Both the position numbers and the translations under genes were made by a program. From Auanema rhodensis (lineage: Eukaryota; Animalia; Nematoda), in the NCBI GenBank assembly GCA_964057225.1, contig OZ059896.1, positions 19,902,001-19,966,000 of the forward strand: DNA of 64,000 nt. Direction: 5' to 3'. The notes below the pieces were generated by a model that had not been told where the DNA came from, did not search any database, and saw nothing but the letters and a program-made list of their open reading frames with translations. Positions 26,261 to 40,300 of the stretch are shown here, piece after piece (the first letter of the stretch is position 1; each line of letters starts with the position of its first letter).

Positions 26261-29200
26261 ATATCTTGGTGCATTTTTAAGCTAGCGCAAATCTGATAAC
26301 ACAGATCGACGCAGCTTAAAAATCCGCATCGAATGCACTATACTACATTGAGAAACGCTTAATACAAAAATTAGTTATGATCGTTTGAAAAATGATGCAT
26401 TAGTGTATGTTGAGTTTCCATGTACACTCAACATTGCTTCCAAAAACATTTTGACAAAAATTTTTTCGAAAAATTTCAAAATAATTTAGCAAAAAGTAGA
26501 TGTTTTTAGATTCCTTTATTCAAGGCAAAGACGATGGACAATGTTATTCAACGAAAAAATTAATTCTTCAGGGTGAAAATCGAGGATATAAGTGTGAACT
26601 TATATCAGTTGATATCTCGGCGCATTTTTAAGCTAGCGCAAATCTGATAACACAGATCGACGCAGCTTAAAAATCCGAATCGAATGCACTATACTACATT
26701 GAGAAACGCTTGATACAAAAATTAGTTATGATCGTTTGAAAAATGATGCATTAGTGTATGTTGAGTTTCCATGTACACTCAACATTGCTTCCAAAAACAT
26801 TTTGACAAAAATTTTTTCGAAAAATTTCAAAATAATTTAGCAAAAAGTAGATGTTTTTAGATTCCTTTTTTCAAGGCAAAGACGATGGACAATGTTATTC
26901 AACGAAAAAATTATTCCTTCAGGGTGAAAATCGAGGATATAAGTGTGAACTTATATCAGTTGATATTTCGGTGCATTTTTAAGCTAGCGCAAATCTGATA
27001 ACACAGATCGACGCAGCTTAAAAATCCGCATCGAATGCACTATACTACATTGAGAAACGCTTAATACAAAAATTAGTTATGATCGTTTGAAAAATGATGC
27101 ATTAGTGTATGTTGAGTTTCCATGTACACTCAACATTGCTTCCAAAAACATTTTGACAAAAATTTTTTCGAAAAATTTCAAAATAATTTAGCAAAAAGTA
27201 GATGTTTTTAGATTCCAGTTTTCAAGGCAAAGACGATGGACAATGTTATTCAACGAAAAAATTAATTCTTCAGGGTGAAAATCGAGGATATATGTGTGAA
27301 CTTATATCAGTTGATATCTCGGTGCATTTTTAAGCTAGCGCAAATCTGATAACACAGATCGACGCAGCTTAAAAATCCGCATCGAATGCACTATACTACA
27401 TTGAGAAACGCTTAATACAAAAATTAGTTATGATCGTTTGAAAAATGATGCATTAGTGTATGTTGAGTTTCCATGTACACTCAACATTGCTTCCAAAAAC
27501 ATTTTGACAAAAATTTTTTCGAAAAATTTCAAAATAATTTAGCAAAAAGTAGATGTTTTTAGATTCCTTTATTCAAGGCAAAGACGATGGACAATGTTAT
27601 TCAACGAAAAAATTAATTCTTCAGGGTGAAAATCGAGGATATAAGTGTGAACTTATATCAGTTGATATCTCGGTGCATTTTTAAGCTAGCGCAAATCTGA
27701 TAACACAGATCGACGCAGCTTAAAAATCCGCATCGAATGCACTATACTACATTGAGAAACGCTTAATACAAAAATTAGTTATGATCGTTTGAAAAATGAT
27801 GCATTAGTGCATGTTGAGTTTCCATGTACACTCAACATTGCTTCCAAAAACATTTTGACAAAAATTTTTTCGAAAAATTTCAAAATAATTTAGCAAAAAG
27901 TAGATGTTTTTAGATTCCTTTTTTCAAGGCAAAGACGATGGACAATGTTATTCAACGAAAAAATTATTCCTTCAGGGTGAAAATCGAGGATATAAGTGTG
28001 AACTTATATCAGTTGATATCTCGGTGCATTTTTAAGCTAGCGCAAATCTGATAACACAGATCGACGCAGCTTAAAAATCCGAATCGAATGCACTATACTA
28101 CATTGAGAAACGCTTGATACAAAAATTAGTTATGATCGTTTGAAAAATGATGCATTAGTGTATGTTGAGTTTCCATGTACACTCAACATTGCTTCCAAAA
28201 ACATTTTGACAAAAATTTTTTCGAAAAATTTCAAAATAATTTAGCAAAAAGTAGATGTTTTTAGATTCCATCTTTCAAGGCAAAGACGATGGACAATGTT
28301 ATTCAACGAAAAAATTATTCCTTCAGGGTGAAAATCGAGGATATAAGTGTGAACTTATATCAGTTGATATCTCGGTGCATTTTTAAGCTAGCGCAAATCT
28401 GATAACAGAGATCGACGCAGCTTAAAAATCCGCATCGAATGCACTATACTACATTGAGAAACGCTTAATACAAAAATTAGTTATGATCGTTTGAAAAATG
28501 ATGCATTAGTGTATGTTGAGTTTCCATGTACACTCAACATTGCTTCCAAAAACATTTTGACAAAAATTTTTTCGAAAAATTTCAAAATAATTTAGCAAAA
28601 AGTAGATGTTTTTAGATTCCAGTTTTCAAGGCAAAGACGATGGACAATGTTATTCAACGAAAAAATTAATTCTTCAGGGTGAAAATCGAGGATATATGTG
28701 TGAACTTATATCAGTTGATATCTCGGTGCATATTTAAGCTAGCGCAAATCTGATAACACAGATCGACGCAGCTTAAAAATCCGCATCGAATGCACTATAC
28801 TACATTGAGAAACGCTTAATACAAAAATTAGTTATGATCGTTTGAAAAATGATGCATTAGTGTATGTTGAGTTTCCATGTACACTCAACATTGCTTCCAA
28901 AAACATTTTGACAAAAATTTTTTCGAAAAATTTCAAAATAATTTAGCAAAAAGTAGATGTTTTTAGATTCCTTTATTCAAGGCAAAGACGATGGACAATG
29001 TTATTCAACGAAAAAATTAATTCTTCAGGGTGAAAATCGAGGATATAAGTGTGAACTTATATCAGTTGATATCTCGGTGCATTTTTAAGCTAGCGCAAAT
29101 CTGATAACACAGATCGACGCAGCTTAAAAATCAGCATCGAATGCACTATACTACATTGAGAAACGATTAATACAAAAATTAGTTATGATCGTTTGAAAAA

Positions 29201-32200
29201 TGATGCATTAGTGTATGTTGAGTTTCCATGTACACTCAACATTGCTTCCAAAAACATTTTGACAAAAATTTTTTCGAAAAATTTCAAAATAATTTAGCAA
29301 AAAGTAGATGTTTTTAGATTCCATCTTTCAAAGCAAAGACGATGGACAATGTTATTCAACGAAAAAATTATTCCTTCAGGGTGAAAATCGAGGATATAAG
29401 TGTGAACTTATATCAGTTGATATCTCGGTGCATTTTTAAGCTAGCGCAAATCTGATAACACAGATCGACGCAGCTTAAAAATCCGCATCGAATGCACTAT
29501 ACTACATTGAGAAACGCTCAATACAAAAATTAGTTATGATCGTTTGAAAAATGGTGCATTAGTGTATGTTGAGTTTCCATGTACACTCAACATTGCTTCC
29601 AAAAACATTTTGACAAAAATTTTTTCGAAAAATTTCAAAATAATTTAGCAAAAAGTAGATGTTTTTAGATTCCATTTTTCAAGGCAAAGACGATGGACAG
29701 TGTTATTCAACGAAAAAATTAATTCTTCAGGGTGAAAATCGAGGATATAAGTGTGAACTTATATCAGTTGATATCTCGGTGCATTTTTAAGCTAGCGCAA
29801 ATCTGATAACACAGATCGACGCAGCTTAAAAATCCGCATCAAATGCACTATACTACATTGAGAAACGCTTAATACAAAAATTAGTTATGATCGTTTGAAA
29901 AATGATGCATTAGTGTATGTTGAGTTTCCATGTACACTCAACATTGCTTCCAAAAACATTTTGACAAAAATTTTTTCGAAAAATTTCAAAATAATTTAGC
30001 AAAAAGTAGATGTTTTTAGATTCCATTTTTCAAGGCAAAGACGATGGACAGTGTTATTCAACGAAAAAATTAATTCTTCAGGGTGAAAATCGAGGATATA
30101 AGTGTGAACTTATATCAGTTGATATCTCGGTGCATTTTTAAGCTAGCGCAAATCTGATAACACAGATCGACGCAGCTTAAAAATCCGCATCGAATGCACT
30201 ATACTACATTGAGAAACGCTTAATACAAAAATTAGTTATGATCGTTTGAAAAATGATGCATTAGTGTATGTTGAGTTTCCATGTACACTCAACATTGCTT
30301 CCAAAAACATTTTGACAAAAATTTTTTCGAAAAATTTCGAAATAATTTAGCAAAAAGTAGATGTTTTTAGATTCCTTTATTCAAGGCAAAGACGATGGAC
30401 AATGTTATTCAACGAAAAAATTAATTCTTTAGGGTGAAAATCGAGGATATAAGTGTGAACTTATATCAGTTGATATCTTGGTGCATTTTTAAGCTAGCGC
30501 AAATCTGATAACACAGATCGAAGCAGCTTAAAAATCCGCATCGAATGCACTATACTACATTGAGAAACGCTTGATACAAAAATTAGTTATGATCGTTTGA
30601 AAAATGATGCATTAGTGTATGTTGAGTTTCCATGTACACTCAACATTGCTTCCAAAAACATTTTGACAAAAATTTCTTCGAAAAATTTCAAAATAATTTA
30701 GCAAAAAGTAGATGTTTTTAGATTCCATTTTTCAAGGCAAAGACGATGGACAGTGTTATTCAACGAAAAAATTATTTCTTCAGGGTGAAAATCGAGGATA
30801 TAAGTGTGAACTTATATCAGTTGATATCTCGGTGCATTTTTAAGCTAGCGCAAATCTGATAACACAGATCGACGCAGCTTAAAAATCCGCATCGAATGCA
30901 CTATACTACATTGAGAAACGCTTAATACAAAAATTAGTTATGATCGTTTGAAAAATGATGCATTAGTGTATGTTGAGTTTCCATGTACACTCAACATTGC
31001 TTCCAAAAACATTTTGACAAAAATTTTTTCGAAAAATTTCAAAATAATTTAGCAAAAAGTAGATGTTTTTAGATTCCATTTTTCAAGGCAAAGACGATGG
31101 ACAATGTTATTCAACGGAAAAATTATTTCTTCAGGGTGAAAATCGAGGATATAAGTGTGAACTTATATCAGTTGATATCTCGGTGCATTTTTAAGCTAGC
31201 GCAAATCTGATAACACAGATCGACGCAGCTTAAAAATGCGCATCGAATGCACTATACTACATTGAGAAACGCTTAATACAAAAATTAGTTATGATCGTTT
31301 GAAAAATGATGCATTAGTGTATGTTGAGTTTCCATGTACACTCAACATTGCTTCCAAAAACATTTTGACAAAAATTTTTTCGAAAAATTTCAAAATAATT
31401 TAGCAAAAAGTAGATGTTTTTAGATTCCATTTTTCAAGGCAAAGACGATGGACAATGTTATTCAACGAAAAAATTAATTCTTCAGGGTGAAAATCGAGGA
31501 TATAAGTGTGAACTTATATCAGTTGATATCTCGGTGCATTTTTAAGCTAGCGCAAATCTGATAACACAGATCGACGCAGCTTAAAAATCCGCATCGAATG
31601 CACTATACTACATTGAGAAACGCTTAATACAAAAATTAGTTATGATCGTTTGAAAAATGATGCATTAGTGTATGTTGAGTTTCCATGTACACTCAACATT
31701 GCTTCCAAAAACATTTTGACAAAAATTTTTTCGAAAAATTTCAAAATAATTTAGCAAAAAGTAGATGTTTTTAGATTCCATTTTTCAAGGCAAAGACGAT
31801 GGACAATGTTATTCAACGGAAAAATTATTTCTTCAGGGTGAAAATCGAGGATATAAGTGTGAACTTATATCAGTTGATATCTCGGTGCATTTTTAAGCTA
31901 GCGCAAATCTGATAACACAGATCGACGCAGCTTAAAAATGCGCATCGAATGCACTATACTACATTGAGAAACGCTTAATACAAAAATTAGTTATGATCGT
32001 TTGAAAAATGATGCATTAGTGTATGTTGAGTTTCCATGTACACTCAACATTGCTTCCAAAAACATTTTGACAAAAATTTTTTCGAAAAATTTCAAAATAA
32101 TTTAGCAAAAAGTAGATGTTTTTAGATTCCATTTTTCAAGGCAAAGACGATGGACAATGTTATTCAACGGAAAAATTATTTCTTCAGGGTGAAAATCGAG

Positions 32201-34398
32201 GATATAAGTGTGAACTTATATCAGTTGATATCTCGGTGCATTTTTAAGCTAGCGCAAATCTGATAACACAGATCGACGCAGCTTAAAAATGCGCATCGAA
32301 TGCACTATACTACATTGAGAAACGCTTAATACAAAAATTAGTTATGATCGTTTGAAAAATGATGCATTAGTGTATGTTGAGTTTCCATGTACACTCAACA
32401 TTGCTTCCAAAAACATTTTGACAAAAATTTTTTCGAAAAATTTCAAAATAATTTAGCAAAAAGTAGATGTTTTTAGATTCCATTTTTCAAGGCAAAGACG
32501 ATGGACAATGTTATTCAACGGAAAAATTATTTCTTCAGGGTGAAAATCGAGGATATAAGTGTGAACTTATATCAGTTGATATCTCGGTGCATTTTTAAGC
32601 TAGCGCAAATCTGATAACACAGATCGACGCAGCTTAAAAATGCGCATCGAATGCACTATACTACATTGAGAAACGCTTAATACAAAAATTAGTTATGATC
32701 GTTTGAAAAATGATGCATTAGTGTATGTTGAGTTTCCATGTACACTCAACATTGCTTCCAAAAACATTTTGACAAAAATTTTTTCGAAAAATTTCAAAAT
32801 AATTTAGCAAAAAGTAGATGTTTTTAGATTCCATTTTTCAAGGCAAAGACGATGGACAATGTTATTCAACGAAAAAATTAATTCTTCAGGGTGAAAATCG
32901 AGGATATAAGTGTGAACTTATATCAGTTGATATCTCGGTGCATTTTTAAGCTAGCGCAAATCTGATAACACAGATCGACGCAGCTTAAAAATGCGCATCG
33001 AATGCACTATACTACATTGAGAAACGCTTGATACAAAAATTAGTTATGATCGTTTGAAAAATGATGCATTAGTGTATGTTGAGTTTCCATGTACACTCAA
33101 CATTGCTTCCAAAAACATTTTGACAAAAATTTTTTCGAAAAATTTCAAAATAATTTAGCAAAAAGTAGATATTTTTAGATTCCTTTTTTCAAGGCAAAGA
33201 CGATGGACAATGTTATTCAACGAAAAAATTATTCCTTCAGGGTGAAAATCGAGGATATAAGTGTGAACTTATATCAGTTGATATCTCGGTGCATTTTTAA
33301 GCTAGCGCAAATCTGATAACAGAGATCGACGCAGCTTAAAAATCCGCATCGAATGCACTATACTACATTGAGAAACGCTTAATACAAGAATTAGTTATGA
33401 TCGTTTGAAAAATGATGCATTAGTGTATGTTGAGTTTCCATGTACACTCAACATTGCTTCCAAAAACATTTTGACAAAAATTTTTTCGAAAAATTTCAAA
33501 ATAATTTAGCAAAAAGTAGATGTTTTTAGATTCCTTTATTCAAGGCAAAGACGATGGACAATGTTATTCAACGAAAAAATTAATTCTTCAGGGTGAAAAT
33601 CGAGGATATAAGTGTGAACTTATATCAGTTGATATCTCGGTGCATTTTTAAGCTAGCGCAAATCTGATAACACAGATCGACGCAGCTTAAAAATGCGCAT
33701 CGAATGCACTATACTACATTGAGAAACGCTTGATACAAAAATTAGTTATGATCGTTTGAAAAATGATGCATTAGTGTATGTTGAGTTTCCATGTACACTC
33801 AACATTGCTTCCAAAAACATTTTGACAAAAATTTTTTCGAAAAATTTCAAAATAATTTAGCAAAAAGTAGATGTTTTTAGATTCCTTTTTTCAAGGCAAA
33901 GACGATGGACAATGTTATTCAACGAAAAAATTATTCCTTCAGGGTGAAAATCGAGGATATAAGTGTGAACTTATATCAGTTGATATCTCGGTGCATTTTT
34001 AAGCTAGCGCAAATCTGATAACAGAGATCGACGCAGCTTAAAAATCCGCATCGAATGCACTATACTACATTGAGAAACGCTTAATACAAGAATTAGTTAT
34101 GATCGTTTGAAAAATGATGCATTAGTGTATGTTGAGTTTCCATGTACACTCAACATTGCTTCCAAAAACATTTTGACAAAAATTTTTTCGAAAAATTTCA
34201 AAATAATTTAGCAAAAAGTAGATGTTTTTAGATTCCTTTATTCAAGGCAAAGACGATGGACAATGTTATTCAACGAAAAAATTAATTCTTCAGGGTGAAA
34301 ATCGAGGATATAAGTGTGAACTTATATCAGTTGATATCTCGGTGCATTTTTAAGCTAGCGCAAATCTGATAACACAGATCGACGCAGCTTAAAAATCC

Positions 34399-37300
34399 GC
34401 ATCGAATGCACTATACTACATTGAGAAACGCTTGATACAAAAATTAGTTATGATCGTTTGAAAAATGATGCATTAGTGTATGTTGAGTTTCCATGTACAC
34501 TCAACATTGCTTCCAAAAATATTTTGACAAAAATTTTTTCGAAAAATTTCAAAATAATTTAGCAAAAAGTAGATGTTTTTAGATTCCATTTTTCAAGGCA
34601 AAGACGATGGACAATGTTATTCAACGGAAAAATTATTTCTTCAGGGTGAAAATCGAGGATATAAGTGTGAACTTATATCAGTTGATATCTCGGTGCATTT
34701 TTAAGCTAGCGCAAATCTGATAACACAGATCGACGCAGCTTAAAAATGCGCATCGAATGCACTATACTACATTGAGAAACGCTTAATACAAGAATTAGTT
34801 ATGATCGTTTGAAAAATGATGCATTAGTGTATGTTGAGTTTCCATGTACACTCAACATTGCTTCCAAAAACATTTTGACAAAAATTTTTTCGAAAAATTT
34901 CAAAATAATTTAGCAAAAAGTAGATGTTTTTAGATTCCTTTATTCAAGGCAAAGACGATGGACAATGTTATTCAACGAAAAAATTAATTCTTCAGGGTGA
35001 AAATCGAGGATATAAGTGTGAACTTATATCAGTTGATATCTCGGTGCATTTTTAAGCTAGCGCAAATCTGATAACACAGATCGACGCAGCTTAAAAATCC
35101 GCATCGAATGCACTATACTACATTGAGAAACGCTTGATACAAAAATTAGTTATGATCGTTTGAAAAATGATGCATTAGTGTATGTTGAGTTTCCATGTAC
35201 ACTCAACATTGCTTCCAAAAATATTTTGACAAAAATTTTTTCGAAAAATTTCAAAATAATTTAGCAAAAAGTAGATGTTTTTAGATTCCATTTTTCAAGG
35301 CAAAGACGATGGACAATGTTATTCAACGGAAAAATTATTTCTTCAGGGTGAAAATCGAGGATATAAGTGTGAACTTATATCAGTTGATATCTCGGTGCAT
35401 TTTTAAGCTAGCGCAAATCTGATAACACAGATCGACGCAGCTTAAAAATGCGCATCGAATGCACTATACTACATTGAGAAACGCTTGATACAAAAATTAG
35501 TTATGATCGTTTGAAAAATGATGCATTAGTGTATGTTGAGTTTCCATGTACACTCAACATTGCTTCCAAAAACATTTTGACAAAAATTTTTTCGAAAAAT
35601 TTCAAAATAATTTAGCAAAAAGTAGATGTTTTTAGATTCCATTTTTCAAGGCAAAGACGATGGACAATGTTATTCAACGAAAAAATTAATTCTTCAGGGT
35701 GAAAATCGAGGATATAAGTGTGAACTTATATCAGTTGATATCTCGGTGCATTTTTAAGCTAGCGCAAATCTGATAACACAGATCGACGCAGCTTAAAAAT
35801 CCGCATCGAATGCACTATACTACATTGAGAAACGCTTAATACAAAAATTAGTTATGATCGTTTGAAAAATGATGCATTAGTATATGTTGAGTTTCCATGT
35901 ACACTCAACATTGCATCCAAAAACATTTTGACAAAAATTTTTTCGAAAAATTTCAAAATAATTCAGCAAAAAGTAGATGTTTTTAGATTCCATTTTTCAA
36001 GGCAAAGACGATGGACAGTGTTATTCAACGGAAAAATTATTTCTTCAGGGTGAAAATCGAGGATATAAGTGTGAACTTATATCAGTTGATATCTCGGTGC
36101 ATTTTTAAGCTAGCGCAAATCTGATAACACAGATCGACGCAGCTTAAAAATCCGCATCGAATGCACTATACTACATTGAGAAACGCTTGATACAAAAATT
36201 AGTTATGATCGTTTGAAAAATGATGCATTAGTGTATGTTGAGTTTCCATGTACACTCAACATTGCTTCCAAAAACATTTTGACAAAAATTTTTTCGAAAA
36301 ATTTCAAAATAATTTAGCAAAAAGTAGATGTTTTTAGATTCCATTTTTAGAGGCAAAGACGATGGACAGTGTTATTCAACGAAAAAATTAATTCTTCAGG
36401 GTGAAAATCGAGGATATAAGTGTGAACTTATATCAGTTGATATCTCGGTGCATTTTTAAGCTAGCGCAAATCTGATAACACAGATCGACGCAGCTTAAAA
36501 ATCCGCATCGAATGCACTATACTACATTGAGAAACGCTTAATACAAAAATTAGTTATGATCGTTTGAAAAATGATGCATTAGTATATGTTGAGTTTCCAT
36601 GTACACTCAACATTGCATCCAAAAACATTTTGACAAAAATTTTTTCGAAAAATTTCAAAATAATTCAGCAAAAAGTAGATGTTTTTAGATTCCATTTTTC
36701 AAGGCAAAGACGATGGACAGTGTTATTCAACGAAAAAATTAATTCTTCAGGGTGAAAATCGAGGATATAAGTGTGAACTTATATCAGTTGATATCTCGGT
36801 GCATTTTTAAGCTAGCGCAAATCTGATAACACAGATCGACGCAGCTTAAAAATCCGCATCGAATGCACTATACTACATTGAGAAACGCTTAATACAAAAA
36901 TTTGTTATGATTGTTTGAAAAATGATGCATTAGTGTATATTGAGTTTCCATGTACACTCAACATTGCTTCCAAAAACATTTTGACAAAAATTTTTTCGAA
37001 AAATTTCGAAATAATTTAGCAAAAAGTAGATGTTTTTAGATTCCTTCATTCAAGACAAAGACGATGGACAATGTTATTCAACGAAAAAATTAATTCTTTA
37101 GGGTGAAAATCGAGGATATAAGTGTGAACTTATATCAGTTGATATCTTGGTGCATTTTTAAGCTAGCGCAAATCTGATAACAGAGATCGACGCAGCTTAA
37201 AAATCCGCATCGAATGCACTATACTACATTGAGAAACGCTTAATACAAGAATTAGTTATGATCGTTTGAAAAATGATGCATTAGTGTATGTTGAGTTTCC

Positions 37301-40300
37301 ATGTACACTCAACATTGCTTCCAAAAACATTTTGACAAAAATTTTTTCGAAAAATTTCAAAATAATTTAGCAAAAAGTAGATGTTTTTAGATTCCTTTAT
37401 TCAAGGCAAAGACGATGGACAATGTTATTCAACGAAAAAATTAATTCTTCAGGGTGAAAATCGAGGATATAAGTGTGAACTTATATCAGTTGATATCTCG
37501 GTGCATTTTTAAGCTAGCGCAAATCTGATAACACAGATCGACGCAGCTTAAAAATCCGCATCGAATGCACTATACTACATTGAGAAACGCTTGATACAAA
37601 AATTAGTTATGATCGTTTGAAAAATGATGCATTAGTGTATGTTGAGTTTCCATGTACACTCAACATTGCTTCCAAAAATATTTTGACAAAAATTTTTTCG
37701 AAAAATTTCAAAATAATTTAGCAAAAAGTAGATGTTTTTAGATTCCATTTTTCAAGGCAAAGACGATGGACAATGTTATTCAACGGAAAAATTATTTCTT
37801 CAGGGTGAAAATCGAGGATATAAGTGTGAACTTATATCAGTTGATATCTCGGTGCATTTTTAAGCTAGCGCAAATCTGATAACACAGATCGACGCAGCTT
37901 AAAAATGCGCATCGAATGCACTATACTACATTGAGAAACGCTTGATACAAAAATTAGTTATGATCGTTTGAAAAATGATGCATTAGTGTATGTTGAGTTT
38001 CCATGTACACTCAACATTGCTTCCAAAAACATTTTGACAAAAATTTTTTCGAAAAATTTCAAAATAATTTAGCAAAAAGTAGATGTTTTTAGATTCCATT
38101 TTTCAAGGCAAAGACGATGGACAATGTTATTCAACGAAAAAATTAATTCTTCAGGGTGAAAATCGAGGATATAAGTGTGAACTTATATCAGTTGATATCT
38201 CGGTGCATTTTTAAGCTAGCGCAAATCTGATAACACAGATCGACGCAGCTTAAAAATCCGCATCGAATGCACTATACTACATTGAGAAACGCTTAATACA
38301 AAAATTAGTTATGATCGTTTGAAAAATGATGCATTAGTATATGTTGAGTTTCCATGTACACTCAACATTGCATCCAAAAACATTTTGACAAAAATTTTTT
38401 CGAAAAATTTCAAAAAAATTCAGCAAAAAGTAGATGTTTTTAGATTCCATTTTTCAAGGCAAAGACGATGGACAGTGTTATTCAACGAAAAAATTAATTC
38501 TTCAGGGTGAAAATCGAGGATATAAGTGTGAACTTATATCAGTTGATATCTCGGTGCATTTTTAAGCTAGCGCAAATCTGATAACACAGATCGACGCAGC
38601 TTAAAAATCCGCATCGAATGCACTATACTACATTGAGAAACGCTTAATACAAAAATTTGTTATGATTGTTTGAAAAATGATGCATTAGTGTATATTGAGT
38701 TTCCATGTACACTCAACATTGCTTCCAAAAACATTTTGACAAAAATTTTTTCGAAAAATTTCGAAATAATTTAGCAAAAAGTAGATGTTTTTAGATTCCT
38801 TTATTCAAGACAAAGACGATGGACAATGTTATTCAACGAAAAAATTAATTCTTCAGGGTGAAAATCGAGGATATAAGTGTGAACTTATATCAGTTGATAT
38901 CTCGGTGCATTTTTAAGCTAGCGCAAATCTGATAACACAGATCGACGCAGCTTAAAAATCCGCATCGAATGCACTATACTACATTGAGAAACGCTTAATA
39001 CAAAAATTAGTTATGATCGTTTGAAAAATGATGCATTAGTATATGTTGAGTTTCCATGTACACTCAACATTGCATCCAAAAACATTTTGACAAAAATTTT
39101 TTCGAAAAATTTCAAAATAATTCAGCAAAAAGTAGATGTTTTTAGATTCCATTTTTCAAGGCAAAGACGATGGACAGTGTTATTCAACGAAAAAATTAAT
39201 TCTTCAGGGTGAAAATCGAGGATATAAGTGTGAACTTATATCAGTTGATATCTCGGTGCATTTTTAAGCTAGCGCAAATCTGATAACACAGATCGACGCA
39301 GCTTAAAAATCCGCATCGAATGCACTATACTACATTGAGAAACGCTTAATACAAAAATTTGTTATGATTGTTTGAAAAATGATGCATTAGTGTATATTGA
39401 GTTTCCATGTACACTCAACATTGCTTCCAAAAACATTTTGACAAAAATTTTTTCGAAAAATTTCGAAATAATTTAGCAAAAAGTAGATGTTTTTAGATTC
39501 CTTTATTCAAGACAAAGACGATGGACAATGTTATTCAACGAAAAAATTAATTCTTCAGGGTGAAAATCGAGGATATAAGTGTGAACTTATATCAGTTGAT
39601 ATCTCGGTGCATTTTTAAGCTAGCGCAAATCTGATAACACAGATCGACGCAGCTTAAAAATCCACATCGAATGCACTATACTACATTGAGAAACGCTTGA
39701 TACAAAAATTAGTTATGATCGTTTGAAAAATGATGCATTAGTGTATGTTGAGTTTCCATGTACACTCAACATTGCTTCCAAAAACATTTTGACAAAAATT
39801 TTTTCGAAAAATTTCAAAATAATTTAGCAAAAAGTAGATGTTTTTAGATTCCATTTTTCAAGGCAAAGACGATGGACAGTGTTATTCAACGAAAAAATTA
39901 ATTCTTCAGGGTGAAAATCGAGGATATAAGTGTGAACTTATATCAGTTGATATCTCGGTGCATTTTTAAGCTAGCGCAAATCTGATAACACAGATCGACG
40001 CAGCTTAAAAATCCGCATCGAATGCACTATACTACATTGAGAAACGCTTAATACAAAAATTAGTTATGATCGTTTGAAAAATGATGCATTAGTGTATGTT
40101 GAGTTTCCATGTACACTCAACATTGCTTCCAAAAACATTTTGACAAAAATTTTTTCGAAAAATTTCAAAATAATTTAGCAAAAAGTAGATGTTTTTAGAT
40201 TCCATTTTTCAAGGCAAAGACGATGGACAGTGTTATTCAACGAAAAAATTAATTCTTCAGGGTGAAAATCGAGGATATAAGTGTGAACTTATATCAGTTG

